NCBI GenBank assembly: GCA_964016885.1
Contig: OZ024761.1
Location: 5,890,001-5,954,000 of the forward strand
Source of the DNA: Eledone cirrhosa
Lineage: Eukaryota
DNA length: 64,000 nucleotides
Reading direction: 5' to 3'
Under the pieces are notes generated by a model. It saw only the letters and a list, made by a program, of their open reading frames with translations. It did not search any database and was not told the DNA's origin. A program made the position numbers and the translations under genes. Within the stretch, counting starts at the first letter, position 1, and every line of letters starts with the position of its first letter. Positions 47,230 through 60,899 of this stretch are shown in pieces.

Positions 47230-47553
47230 ACTTTTTAGTCCAGCCAGCGACATGAAAACTCTGGTACAAACACTACACTTGTGACAATTATTGACACATA
47301 GTGCTGGGCCCATGGTACCATGTGACGACAAGTGCAGAGAGATCTCTAGATATAAAGCAATGCCTGTGCCGTGAAGCTTTTATAGTGAGCAAAGGCACTG
47401 CACAAAGCCAGTCCCACTCTCTTAACCAAGATGATATTTACCAAAAAGAACAAGTCAACATCATTGGATACCATCAGAGTTGCAGGTGTTATATCAGAGT
47501 TTTCCTTCTCCTAGAATTCTGCCGTGACAAAGGCTAAGGGGTCATCTCTCCCG
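47230..47553 (-). mobile_element. RTE 5'UTR-like repeat (inverted copy of about 15810-16140)
   Basis: Shared CACATGGTACCATGGGCCCAGCACTATGTGTCAAT and AAGAGAGTGGGACTGGCTTTGTGCAG. Confidence 0.75.
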
Positions 47554-47588
47554 GGCAGATATATATACATACACATACATATACATAC

Positions 47589-47977
47589 ATGATTATTGAG
47601 GCACTGGGATATGTTAGTAACTGCCTCAATACAAATCTTGTGAAGCTGGGCTTCACAGGAACAGAAAGAACACAACTAGTTAGGAAATTACAAGTACAAT
47701 CCATTAATGGAACAGTAAAAATATGTAAAACATTCCAACAATTTTGCATCTAATAACTGCATATGCACATGTACAGATACAAAGCATATACACATGCACA
47801 CATACAACTCAAAACATACACATCCACACATACAATAACATCCATATCTACACATGCATGTATACATACATATCTACCTAGTTGATGTTGTGTAAATTCC
47901 AATGAGAGAGTCTTGTGTTTATGTTAGAAACCGACTCTCTCTATTGGTAAAACTTTGTGAAACATTAAAACCAGAAG

Positions 47978-47980
<3 letters not shown>
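47589..47980 (+). mobile_element. 3' end of an RLE-type (R4/Dong-like) non-LTR element ending at (AC)n
   Basis: IIEALGYVSNCL...LGF...LQVQSINGTVKICKTF* resembles the Dong/R4 C-terminus (IGALG...LQ...GT); 3'UTR hairpin then (AC)n. Confidence 0.6.
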
Positions 47981-48069
<89 letters not shown>

Positions 48070-48139
48070 ATGGCTGCCCCCTCGTTATCGAGTATGGCCA
48101 TTGCACGATACATCATTACTGATGTACTTGTATCTGGAA

Positions 48140-49290
48140 TTCTTCACTAAACTCCATTCATACTCTCACTTTACTGAGCACCCCTGTACATAGCTTCCAC
48201 TGTCCTCATTAGCCATTCCTCTACACCTTGTTTCCTAAGGGACCACCAGATGACAGATCGGGGTACTCTATCAAAGACCTTCTCTTGGACAACAAAAGCT
48301 AAGTATAGTGGCTTATTCCTTTCTAAGAACCTTTCTTGTAGATGTCTCACTGAGAAGAGGGCATCTGTTGTACTTTTCCCAGGCACAAAACTAAAATGTC
48401 TCATCTAATTTGACTCTTTCTCCAATTAGTTGTACTCGCACTCTTTCTGTCACTTTCATAACCTGATCCATCAGCTTTATGCCCCTATAATGGCTCCTCT
48501 CCAGAGCATCCCCTTTACCTTTGTAGCAATTTATGAGAATACTGCTGCACCAGTCTTTGGGTATGACACCGCCATATATAGCTTGATTGACAATGCGTGC
48601 AACCAGTTTAGTTCCTACTTCTCCTGATGTCTTCAGCAACTTAGCAACTATCCCTGTCGTCAATCTAAATAGCTGGTCCCACTGTAGGGTCTACAGGGGG
48701 TAGTTTCTCTCTCTCCCATTCGTTCTCCACATTCATCATTCTCTCATAATGACATTTCTAGGCCTCCTTTTTCTGAGCATCAGAGACGCTAACTGCGCCA
48801 GCATCATTTCGGACACATTTATCTCCAACAACATCCTGATTTGCACTGAGACACTGCCTTGCAATGTGGAACACCGCACGTCTCTGATCTTCCCGTCACA
48901 GAACATTGGCAAACTTCCTACTCTCAACCTCCCTGCGTACTAAGTACACCTGACGTCTAGCTTCTCTCCTAGCGGCTGACTATCGGTCTCTACTCCCACC
49001 ATTTTTCCAAGCCTTCCATGCTAGTCTTTTGTCTCTAATGGCCCTATCTACTGCGCTGTTCCACCATCAGGTCACCCTCTGTCTGGTCGGAGCTCTGCGC
49101 CAGCCACAAGTCTCTTCAGTTGCTCGCAGTATGTTGTCACGTAAGAAATTCCAGTTATCATCTATGTCTTACGATTCTAACTCGTCTTCTTTCTCGTCAT
49201 ACACATCTTGTAGGGCGTTCCTAAATTTATATTTAAGTAAAAGGTCTTTTAGCTTCCAGACCTTTCTTTTCCATACAGATAAGTCTTCAA
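48140..49290 (-). pseudogene. Degraded RTE-clade LINE ORF (tether + RT N-terminal half)
   Basis: WWNSAVDRAI, IPKDWCSSILINCYKGKGDALERSHYRGIKLM, FVPGKSTTDALF, FDRVPR. Confidence 0.9.
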
Positions 49291-49346
49291 TTTCTATTTT
49301 CGTAGATTTTTGTTTTATATATATATGCATGTATGTATATAACTGT

Positions 49347-49381
<35 letters not shown>

Positions 49382-49406
49382 CACATGCATGTATGTATAT
49401 AACTGT

Positions 49407-49455
<49 letters not shown>

Positions 49456-49655
49456 CATGCATGTATGTATATAATTGTGTACACACACACATATATATAT
49501 ATATATGTATGCATGTATGTATATAACTGTGTACATATATATATATATGTATGCATGTATATATATAACTGTGTACATATATATGTATATGCATATATAT
49601 ATGCATATGCATATACATAACAAAAGCACTTTCATTTTATATTCATCCTTTCTAC

Positions 49656-49700
<45 letters not shown>

Positions 49701-50582
49701 CAGAAACTAAACAAACGGCATAGTATATGGAAGAAATATATTAGTTTAACGCTTGAAATAGCAGGAAAAGTATCTTAACATTTCAGACACTAGTCATTTA
49801 TCAGAAGATAGGGTTAAAAGGTAAAGATAAAATAGAAAGATAAATAGATGGTAGAGGAAAGAAATGAGGAAATCAGAAGAAAAACACACACGTGCGTATT
49901 TAGCCATTTGACTTAGAAAGTCTCGCAGTAACTTTGACTAAATATAATAGCCTAATGATAACGGGGTGTATCAACCGACTGAACAGGAAAGGGTGTGCAT
50001 GACATAGGGCGGCGGGGAGTGGGGGCCAACCAACATCTCATATTTGGTGGACAAATGTGTTATTGTCCGGTAAACAAGGTTTCGAACTCGATGTGTACTG
50101 ATCCTTATACCCTTCCCCCCCCTCCCAAAAAGCCGTATGTCAATACGGTGCCCCTACAACTCTATCCGGCGTTACAGGACCATACATATATATATATATA
50201 TATACACACACACAGACACACACACACACACATATATATAAATATATATATATATATATTTATTGGTAAACGGAATAGAAAATGCTGACAAATTGTTCAC
50301 AGTTGAAAAATGGTTTAATTAGGAATAAAAGAGTATTAGTGATTGTATGGGTTAGTATTCAGTTGTGGTTTTAAGTTTTTAAGTTTTTACCGGTTGCGCA
50401 TTTCTAAATGCTTTTCAAAAATAATTTTGAGATAGAGTGTCCGTGCTGTTTGCTCTGATCTGATTAGTTTTGGGAATTCTACCTGTTTTTATGTTAAAAA
50501 AATGGCTCCAGCGTTATTTTTGTGTTGCAAAAATGCTTGTGGTCAAAACAATTTTGATTGGTCGGTAGAGGTCATGTGAATG

Positions 50583-50652
<70 letters not shown>

Positions 50653-50655
<3 letters not shown>

Positions 50656-51243
50656 GGAGTTCTATTTAAATTGTTGGGATACAACAAGCAAATATTTTTA
50701 TAACTGATATAAAGCACTCAACAAATAATTGGAGTAAAAATACGATATTAACAAATGGAAACCATATTTATAAAACCATATTTATTTCATTATACATATT
50801 TCAAGAACACTAAGTTAAATTATGGTGTGCTTTCATCAGATAAAATATAATATAGAGCAGTTTTATAAATAAATATTGACATACCCTTAAAGAATGCGAC
50901 CATTACTGTTGGAAGCTCCCGGATATTTATACTATTATGTAAATTAGTTTTGGATATTTTTCTCTCTCTCTCTCTTTCTATTTCTCTGTAACCCAACGGC
51001 TTATTTAAAAATATCCAATACTAATTTACATAATAGTATAAATACAGTTATAACCCCACTATCCGGGAGCTTCCAACAGTAATGGTTGCATTCTTTAAGG
51101 GTATGTCAATATTTATTTATAAAACTGCTCTATATTATATTTTATCTGATGAAAGCACACCATAATTTAACTTGGTGTCCTTGAAATATGTATAATGAAA
51201 TAAATATGGTTTTATAAATATAGCTTCCATTTGTTAATATCGT
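50653..51243. ncRNA. About 500-bp fold-back (50742-51243) of family A with two divergent hammerheads (50783-50847 minus; 51138-51202 plus) plus a left-arm extension
   Basis: TATTTTAT-CTGATGA-AAGCACACCA...TGGTGTCCTT-GAAA-TATGTA-TA-ATGAAATA; extension matches 3265-3367. Confidence 0.85.
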
Positions 51244-51244
51244 G

Positions 51245-51277
<33 letters not shown>

Positions 51278-51278
51278 T

Positions 51279-51329
<51 letters not shown>

Positions 51330-51399
51330 TTAAATATATATATATATATATATATAATATACATTTAATTAGAAAGAGAACAACACAAAATATAATTAA

Positions 51400-51465
51400 T
51401 CCATTACCAAAGGTTTCAGGACCCTAGACAATATTAATATACGTGTAGTTCGTTAATCAGACAGA
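51400..51465 (-). ncRNA. Family B hammerhead, degenerate core (CTGATTA)
   Basis: TCTGT-CTGATTA...GAAA-CCTTTGG-TA-ATGGA; homologous to 53170-53233. Confidence 0.5.
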
Positions 51466-51478
51466 TGTTATTTATATA

Positions 51479-52130
51479 CTAGTAGAAGTACCCGGCGTTT
51501 CATTCAAAACATTTTCTAGTGTATATTTGAAACTTCTGATATAACTGTTTCTTGTATGTAACGTATCTTTTAGTTGTAATATAATTTCATACTTTATTTC
51601 TTTATTCCTTACAGATCTTGAATGGGTTTTCAGACCAATGATGAAATACAGTTGTAAATATGTTGGTTCTTCTTCTGAAAGTGGCTGAAGTGGTCCAATT
51701 CTGTGGTAGACTTGCCCTTGGGTCTTCAAAGTGGGTATAAAGCCACCTTCATGGATGACATTTACGCCATATAATTTCATTTGGAATACATTATTGTACC
51801 TGGATATATTGTACCTGGATATTTTGAAGAGTCCTGATTCAGTAGATGTATCAATCAGGAGTCCCCTCAAGTGATCTGGTGGTTCAGGTAATAGTCTAAA
51901 CTTAATCTTTTCATTTAAACACCACAATCCAGTTGACTCACCATTCCATTTTTAACGCCACAATTTGGACAAATTTTGTTCATTAAGGAAATTCGAATTA
52001 AACGTTCTGAGACGTAGTGTTGATATGGAATGTGACTTAAAACAGCAAAGTTCCACCTGGGAACCTTTTTATATTCTAAATATTCTCTTCCTGCTCTCTG
52101 TTCACTGAGCAGGAAAAGAAGAATTGTATA
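51479..52130 (-). mobile_element. Internally deleted Helitron (N-terminal coding region fused to the 3' terminus)
   Basis: MNKICPNCG..., LPEPPDHL, YNNVFQM, TQGQVYHRIGPL, YLQLYF, then AACGCCGGGTACTTCTACTAG|T; 5' limit uncertain. Confidence 0.85.
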
Positions 52131-52719
52131 TCACAACTCGTCCCTTGGCATGAGTGCTCTGCCAACCTTGGATACATTTTACGAAATTCACTGCACGCTC
52201 ACTCGCAGAGAGAGATAGACACCTGTCTCTTTTAAATGTAACAACACTTGACACGCTGTTTTTTTTAATACCATATCAGTCTAATCTGTAATATGATGTC
52301 ACTTTTTACATGTTTGTACCTTGATACTTGTAACAACATTTCTATTCCTGAAGGTTTGTAGACCAGCAGGCTAATGTCCAATATGAAATAATAATAAAAA
52401 TAATAATGAAATTATTGTGTACAGTGCTCAGGTGCACTACAATATATTGAGGTATGGTCGGCTGTTCTACATTGAAACATTCGTACAGTAAATTATGTTA
52501 TAAGTCTAAACTAGTTATTCACTCTTAATTTATTATATTCTGAGCTCTTTAGTTTGTGCTATAACAGTCTATAACGTAATCTACAGAGGTTGAAAATTGA
52601 TTCTGCCTTTTGTGTTACTGATTGACCAAACATAATTAGTATTGAGCTTATATAATGTTTACCAGACTCTCTTTAAATCCACACATAATCTCAGCCCGGC
52701 CTCTGATTTTCTTGTTTCG

Positions 52720-52995
52720 CCCCCACACTTTCTCCCCCTACACTCTACCACACCCTTACCACCCCGGACCTTATTTAAAATTCTGTTTTTATTTATTTTA
52801 TTTTCCCTTTCTTTTCGTGTTCTGCTTGGTAACTTCCCTACTAACTCCCCTACTTATTCCCTCTCGCGGAGTTCCTCTCAACTTTCCCGATGAAGGACTT
52901 ATTTCCGAAACGTTGAAACCTCCCCCCACTCTCACCAAGCGTGAAACTAATACAACGATGTAAAATTGACTCTGCGTTAGTTTGTCCTTTTGAAC
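52720..52995 (+). mobile_element. Neptune-type pLTR remnant with hammerhead (52883-52918, CCGATGA core)
   Basis: TTTC-CCGATGA-AGGA(CTTATT)TCC-GAAA-CG-TT-GAAA; CCCCACTCTC..AGCGTGAAACTAATAC as at 22891. Confidence 0.6.
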
Positions 52996-53007
52996 TATAT
53001 ATATGTT

Positions 53008-53074
<67 letters not shown>

Positions 53075-53169
53075 GGTAATTCCGAAGAAAAATGCCAAGG
53101 ACAAAAGAGTGCTCTATGTATAGAACAGAGCTATTTAATTATAAAGTGAACAACACAAAATATAACTAC

Positions 53170-53233
53170 TCCATTACCAAAGGTTTCAGGATCCTGGACA
53201 ATATTAATATACGTCTGGATCGTTCATCAGACA
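53170..53233 (-). ncRNA. Family B hammerhead
   Basis: CTGATGA-ACGATCC...GGATCCT-GAAA-CCTTTGG-TA; stem I is short. Confidence 0.55.
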
Positions 53234-53361
53234 TCTCTCTCTGACACCATTGGTAATAGAGTAGATATATATTGAGTGCTTCACTTTCTAATTATATAAT
53301 TATATATATATATATATATATTCAAAATATTAATAAATATAGGCATTCATGTGATCAAATA

Positions 53362-53427
53362 TATTTTATTATATATATTTCAGAGGTACTGAGCTGTTTC
53401 CTCAGTACGTCCTCATCAGATAAAATA
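53362..53427 (-). ncRNA. Family A2 hammerhead
   Basis: TATTTTAT-CTGATGA-GGACGTACTGAG(GAAACAG)CTCAGTACCTCT-GAAA-TATATA-TA-ATAAAATA. Confidence 0.8.
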
Positions 53428-54406
53428 AATTGTTGTCTGACATACCTCAACTGTGCTGATGGTTCAATTCCAGTCTTGGCAGTGATTAGTTATGACAAAA
53501 CTCAATATTTATACACCATAAGCAGTAACATGACAAACTACATATAATTGAGAGGGTACGTAGGAGAATGTATAGAAAAAAATAAAATAAAATAAATACG
53601 TATATAGATAAGTAAAATACATAAACACATCAGTACATAACTGTTAAATATTTAAATAATTAAATATGTAAATATCTGTATTAGAGAAAAAAAACAAATG
53701 AGAGAGAGAGAGAGATGGCTGTGACTCCTTCAGGGAGTCCGAATTGGTGTGGGAAAGACAGGTACACATGTTGTTGAAGTGTGTTTTACTCCGTCAATAC
53801 ATCGATATGTCCAGCTCTTGGTTGTGTTGTTATTTCTCTGAGGAACTGGAATCATACTGAGGTGTCGGTAAACAACCAGCATATACTCAATATATATATA
53901 TATAGAGAGAGAGAGGAGGGGGGAGTTGGTTGGGTACTGATGTAGGTTGGGGGAGGGGGAGGGAGAGAGCGAGAGGGAGGGGGAGAGAGAGAGGTAGAGA
54001 TGTAGGTTAAGTGCGTTTACATGAATCTGAAAATAAATATAAACAAAGTGATAGTGACACGGTGTGGTGGTGTGGGTGGGTGGGTGGTGGTGTGTGGGGG
54101 GGGGGTAGTAGTGGTGGTGGTAGTCGTGGTACTAGCGGTAGTGGGGTGGTGGTGGTGGTATGGTGGTGGTGGTAGTAGTAGTAGTGGTAGTCGTGGTACT
54201 AGCGGTGGTGGTAGTCGTAGTGTTGGTGGTGGTGGTGGTGGTGGTGGTAGTGGTAGTGGTAGTCGTGGTAATGGCGTTGGTGGTGATAGTGGTGGTGGTG
54301 GTGGGGGTGATGTAGTGAGGTAGGTGGTAGGGTAGTGTAGTATAGTGGGTTGGTGGATGTGTAGAGTGCTGTAGAGGTGACAGGTGAGCGTCGGAAGCTG
54401 CAAGCC

Positions 54407-54420
54407 GTTGCTATGGCAAC
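54407..54420. promoter_or_regulatory. RFX X-box
   Basis: GTTGCTATGGCAAC within the near-perfect 20-bp palindrome GCCGTTGCTATGGCAACGGC, in unique sequence. Confidence 0.55.
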
Positions 54421-54559
54421 GGCAGCTGTTCCACTGCACACTGCAAACTTGCATTGTGATATTTTAGCTGATAAGAGTGACCATCACCCCAGCTGGAATA
54501 TCTCGCTATTTATAGACATACACACACGTATTCATACATTACACACATGTACATACATA

Positions 54560-55330
<771 letters not shown>

Positions 55331-55497
55331 GTAGACACATTTCTACGCCTACACTAACATATACATATACACAATTTGTTCCTATATATTTGTCTGTGCT
55401 GAAGTTGAGAGCTTGCTGTGATTTAGCAAAAGAAATATCTTCATTAAAGGAATTAAACTATGTCCTGATATTAACGAACTCCCACTCTTTTGTTTTC

Positions 55498-56065
55498 ATA
55501 ACTGTTTCTACTTTAGGCACAAGGCCAGCAATGATCCAGTGTATTACTGGTACTTTATTTTATCGACCCCGTTAGGATGAAAGGCAAAGTCAACCTCGGC
55601 GGGATTTGAACTCAGATCGTAAAGGGACGTAACTATGCTGGAAAGCATGGCGTCCGACCCTCCACCGATACTGGCAACCCACCTTTTGTTTTCATAATGT
55701 CGCGGGTTCGATTCCTGGGCTGTGTGTTGTGTTCTTGAGCAAGACACTTCATTTCACGTTGCTCCAGTATACTCAGCTGAAAATGAGAACCAGCAATAGC
55801 TGGAGGTTTAACCCTGCGATGGACTGGCGTCCTGTCCAGGGGGGAGTTGTGTACTCTCAGTCGCTTCACGCCATGAAACCGGGATAAGCACCGGCCAAAT
55901 GAACCTTCCGGCTTAAGACAGACTTTTTAAAAAATCTTTTATGTTTGTTGTTCAGACCACTAGAGGGCGGTGTAGGATTGGCAGAGTTGTTAGAACATCA
56001 GGTAGGGTGCCTTGTGGTATCTGTTTCGGCTCTCTTGGTTCAAATCCCGCCGAGGTCAACTTCAC
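55498..56065. mobile_element. SINE cluster: A (55498-55683, minus), CORE/V-like B (55700-55927, plus), partial A-related head (55966-56065, plus)
   Basis: GGTTCGATTCC B-box, TTCTTGAGCAAGACACTT CORE-like and CCCTGCGATGGACTGGCGTCCTGTCCAGGG V-domain-like segments. Confidence 0.75.
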
Positions 56066-59000
56066 CTCACTCTCACTCCCTCATTTCCTCTCTCCCACTC
56101 CCTCACTTCCTCTCTCTCACTCTCTCACTCCCTCACTTCCTCTCTCTCACTCTCTCACTCCCTCACTTCCTCTCTCTCACTCCCTCACTTCCTCCTCTCC
56201 CTCACTTCCTCTCTCACTCCCTCTCTCTCACTCCCTCTCTCCCTTCCTCTATCTCACTCCCTCACTTCCCCTCACTCCCTCTCTCCCTTCCTCTATCTCA
56301 CTCCCTCTCTCTCACTTCCTCTCTCTCACTCCCTCTCTCTCACTTCCTCATTTCCTCTCTCTCACTCCCTCACTTGCTCTCTCTCACTCCCTCACTTCCT
56401 CTCTCTCACTCCCTCACTTCCTCTCTCTCACTCTCTCACTCCCTCACTTCCTCTCTCTCACTCCTTCACCTCCTCTCTCTCACTCCCTCACTTCCTCTCT
56501 CTCACTCTCTCACTCCCTCACTCCCTCTCTGTCACTCCCTCACTTCCCCTCTCTCACTCCCTCACCTCCTCTCTCTCACTCCCTCTCTCCCTCTCTCTCA
56601 CTTCCCCTCTCTCACTCCCTCACTTCCTCTCGCTCACTCCCTCACTTCCTCTCGCTCACTCCCTCACTTCCTCTCTCTCTCACTCCCTCTCTCTCACTCC
56701 CTCACTTCCTCTCGCTCACTCCCTCACTTCCTCTCGCTCACTCCCTCACTTCCTCTCTCTCTCACTCCCTCTCTCTCACTCCCTCACTTCCTCTCTCTCA
56801 CTCCCTCAGTTCCTCTCTCTCACTCCCTCACTTCCTCATTTCCTCTCTCTCACTCCCTCACTTCCTCATTTCCTCTCTCTCACTCCCTCACTTCCTCTCT
56901 GTCACTCCCTCACTTCCTCTCTCTCACTTCCTCATTTCCTCTCTCTCACTCCCTCACTTCCTCTCTTCCTCTCTCACTCCCTCACTTCCTCTCTCTCACT
57001 CCCTCACTTCCTCCTCTCCCTCACTTCCTCTCTCTCTCACTCCCTCTCTCTCACTCCCTCTCTCCCTTCCTCTATCTCACTCCCTCACTTCCCCTCACTC
57101 CCTCTCTCCCTTCCTCTATCTCACTCCCTCTCTCTCACTTCCTCTCTCTCACTCCCTCTCTCTCACTTCCTCATTTCCTCTCTCTCACTCCCTCACTTGC
57201 TCTCTCTCACTCCCTCACTTCCTCTCTCTCACTCCCTCACTTCCTCTCTCTCACTCTCTCACTCCCTCACTTCCTCTCTCTCACTCCTTCACCTCCTCTC
57301 TCTCACTCCCTCACTTCCTCTCTCTCACTCTCTCACTCCCTCACTCCCTCTCTGTCACTCCCTCACTTCCCCTCTCTCACTCCCTCACTTCCTCTCTCTC
57401 ACTCCCTCACCTCCTCTCTCTCACTCCCTCTCTCCCTCTCTCTCACTTCCCCTCTCTCACTCCCTCACTTCCTCTCGCTCACTCCCTCACTTCCTCTCGC
57501 TCACTCCCTCACTTCCTCTCTCTCTCACTCCCTCTCTCTCACTCCCTCACTTCCTCTCTCTCACTCCCTCAGTTCCTCTCTCTCACTCCCTCACTTCCTC
57601 ATTTCCTCTCTCTCACTCCCTCACTTCCTCATTTCCTCTCTCTCACTCCCTCACTTCCTCTCTGTCACTCCCTCACTTCCTCTCTCTCACTTCCTCATTT
57701 CCTCTCTCTCACTCCCTCACTTCCTCTCTTCCTCTCTCACTCCCTCACTTCCTCTCTCTCACTCCCTCACTTCCCCTCTCTGTCACTCCCTCACTTCCCC
57801 TCTCTCACTCGCTCACTTCCTCTCTCACTCCCTCACTTCCTCTCTCTCACTCCCTCACTTCCTCTCTCTCACTCCCTCACCTCCTCTCTCTCACTCCCTC
57901 TCTCCCTCTCTCTCACTCCCTCTCTCTCACTCCCTCACTTCCCCTCTCTCACTCCCTCACTTCCTCTCTCTCACTCCTTCACCGCCTCTCTCTCACTCCC
58001 TCTCTCTCACTCCCTCACTTCCTCTCTCTCACTCCCTCTCTCCCTCTCTCTCACTCCCTCTCTCTCACTCCCTCACTTCCTCTCTCACTCCTTCACCGCC
58101 TCTCTCTCACTCCCTCACCGCCTCTCTCTCACTCCCTCACTTCCTCTCTCTCTCACTCTCACTCCCTCACTTCCTCTCTCTCACTCCCTCACCTCCTCTC
58201 TCTCACTCCCTCACCTCCTCTCTCACTCCCTCTCTCTCACTCCCTCACTTTCCCTCTCTCACTCCCTCACTTCCTCTCTCTCACTCCTTCACCGCCTCTC
58301 TCTCACTCCTTCACCGCCTCTCTCTCACTCCCTCATTTCCTCTCTCTCTCACTCCCTCTCTCTCACTCCCTCACTCCCTCTCTCTCACTCCCTCACTTCC
58401 TCTCTCTCACTCCCTCACTTCCTCTCTCTAACTCCTTCACTTCCTCTCTCTCACTGCCTCACTTCCCCTCTCTCATTCCCTCACTTCCTCTCTCTCACTT
58501 CCCCTCTCTCACTCCCTCACTTCCTCTCTCTCACTCCCTCTCTCTCACTCCCTCACTTCCTCTCTTCCTCTCTCACTCTCTCACTCCCTCTCTCACTCCC
58601 TCTCCCTCACTTCCTCTCTCTCACTCCCTCACTTCCTCTCTCTCACTCCTTCACTTCCTCTCTCTCACTCCCTCACTTCCTCTCTCTCACTCCCTCATTT
58701 CCTCTCTCTCACTTGCTCACTTCCCCTCTCTCACTCCCTCACTTCCTCTCTCTCACTTCCCCTCTCTCACTCCCTCACTTCCTCACTCCCTCTCTCCCTC
58801 TCTCTCACTTCCTCATTTCCTCTCTCTCACTCTCTCACTCCCTCCCTCTCACTTCCTCATTTCCTCTCTCTCACTCTCTCACTCCCTCCCTCACTCCCTC
58901 TCCCTCACTTCCTCTCTGTCACTCCCTCACTTCCCCTCTCTCACTCCCTCACTTCCTCTCTCTCACTCCTTCACCGCCTCTCTCTTACTCCCTCACTTCC

Positions 59001-59400
59001 TCTCTCTCACTCCCTCACTTCCTCTCTCTCACTCCCTCACTTCCTCTCTCACTCTCTCACTCCCTCCCTCTCTCTCACTCCCTCACTCCCTCTCTCTCTC
59101 TCCCTCACTTCCCCTCTCACTTCCTCTCTCTCACTCCTTCAACGCCTCTCTCTCACTCCCTCACTTCCTCTCTCTCACTTCCTCTCTCTCACTCCCTCAC
59201 CTCCTCTCTCTCACTCCCTCACCACATCTCTCTCACTCCCTCACTTCCTCTCTCTCACTCCCTCACTTCCTCTGTCTCACTCCCTCACTTCCTCTCTCTC
59301 ACTCCCTCACTCCCTCACTTCCTCTCCCTTACTTCCTCTCTCTCACTCCCTCACTCCCTCACTCCCTCTACCTTACTTCCTCTCTCTCACTCCCTCTATC
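56066..59400. repeat. Polypyrimidine CTCACTCCCTCACTTCCTCT satellite with about 820-bp internal duplication
   Basis: CCCTTCCTCTATCTC block at 56241 and 57064. Confidence 0.9.
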
Positions 59401-59466
59401 CTTCTCTGGACGAAATATTCTGTATTCAGACCTGGAGAGGGGATGGGCTCCGCCAGGTTTTAAAAT

Positions 59467-60000
59467 GTCCTAGCAATGGCGTCCCTGCGACTGCCTCAGG
59501 TGCCATACCAACTTCGTATGTCAGCACGGCGTCCCTACGACTGCCTCATGTTCTCTAGCAACGTCGTACGTCGACACGGCGTCCCTACGACTGCTTCATG
59601 TTTCCAAGCAACGTCATATGTCAACACGGCGTCCCTACGACTGCTTCATGTTTCCAAGCAACGTCATATGTCAACACGGCGTCCCTACGACTGCTTCATG
59701 GTTCCCTAGCAACGTCGTATGTCAATACGGCGTCCCTACGACTGCCTCATGGTTCCCTAGCAACGTCGTATGTCAACACGGCGTCCCTACGACTGCATCA
59801 TGTTGCCCTAGCAACGTCGTATGTCAACACGGCGTCCCTACGACTGCCTCATGGTTCCCTAGCAACGTCGTATGTCAACACGGCGTCCCTACGACTGCTT
59901 CATGGTTCCCTAGCAACGTGGTACGTCAACACGGCGTCCTTACGACTGCCTCATGGTTCCCTAGCAACGTCATATGTCAACACGGCGTCCCTACAACTGC
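59467..60000. repeat. 50/51-bp CpG-rich minisatellite, about 10 copies, with X-box-like GTTCCCTAGCAAC
   Basis: Unit GCAACGTCGTATGTCAACACGGCGTCCCTACGACTGCCTCATGGTTCCCTA. Confidence 0.9.
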
Positions 60001-60223
60001 CCCAGGAGTTACAGGGCTATCTAACCATCCGCACCACCATTAAAAAGAAAAAAACATTATTGTAATCTCTAAAACAAAAGAAAAACAACTAAAACAAGCT
60101 GTTTCTCCTTATGATTATGGTTTTATTTCTTAGTCATTGGCCCACAACACATTAAACCAAACACATTTCCAGCCCAACAAGGCCCTTATCTGAAGAGGTT
60201 TACCAGAATTTGACTCGCTATAC

Positions 60224-60880
60224 CAGCGTTTCTCAACCTTTTTACTCCCGAGAACCATTGAAATAGTTTTCATGCCTCATGGAACCCCTGCATATAAAGT
60301 TACCATTTTTAATATATGCTTTGACGCATAGAGTTACGGCCCTTGCCATTCTTAGTTCAAATCCCGCTGAGGTTGACTTTGCCTTTCATCCTTACGGAGT
60401 CGATAAAATAAAGTACCAGTAATATACTGGGTGATTGCTGGCCTTGTGATAAAGTAGAAACAATTATTAATATTTAGAGGTAGAAGCTTTTATTATAAGA
60501 ACCGAGGATCTTTCAAACAATATGTCGGACGTGTAGAGTAAAATTACCAAGATAAGATTATAGCAAAATATATCAACTTGAGAAGTGTAAGCAATCGTGA
60601 GGTTGCGAGTTCAATTCTCGATCTGGGTGATGCGTTGTGTCCTTGAGCAAGACACTTTATTTCACGTTGTTCTTTCTGCCAGGCGTTACTAGATAGTATC
60701 AGCAATGGAAACATTGTTCCCTTGCTCGGATTTGAGGGGCTCCACCCCACTCGGTAAGCGAATGAGGTCTAGGATCTTGTTGATCGATCAGAGCGAGCAT
60801 TTGTTTATTTATCAGTTTTTCTCGCGGAACCCCTAGTGACCTCTTGCGGAAAGATAGCGTTACGAGGAACACCAATTAAA
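60224..60880. mobile_element. hAT/Charlie-like MITE with nested SINE A (60318-60468) and SINE B (60590-60670)
   Basis: CAGCGTTTCTCAACCTTTTT terminus; GGAACCCCT subterminal motifs at both ends. Confidence 0.5.
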
Positions 60881-60899
60881 CCCTAATCTAGACAACTAA

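Noticed and set aside
55941-59558. 1205-aa Ser/Leu/Pro ORF
   Set aside because: Polypyrimidine satellite preceded by a SINE head
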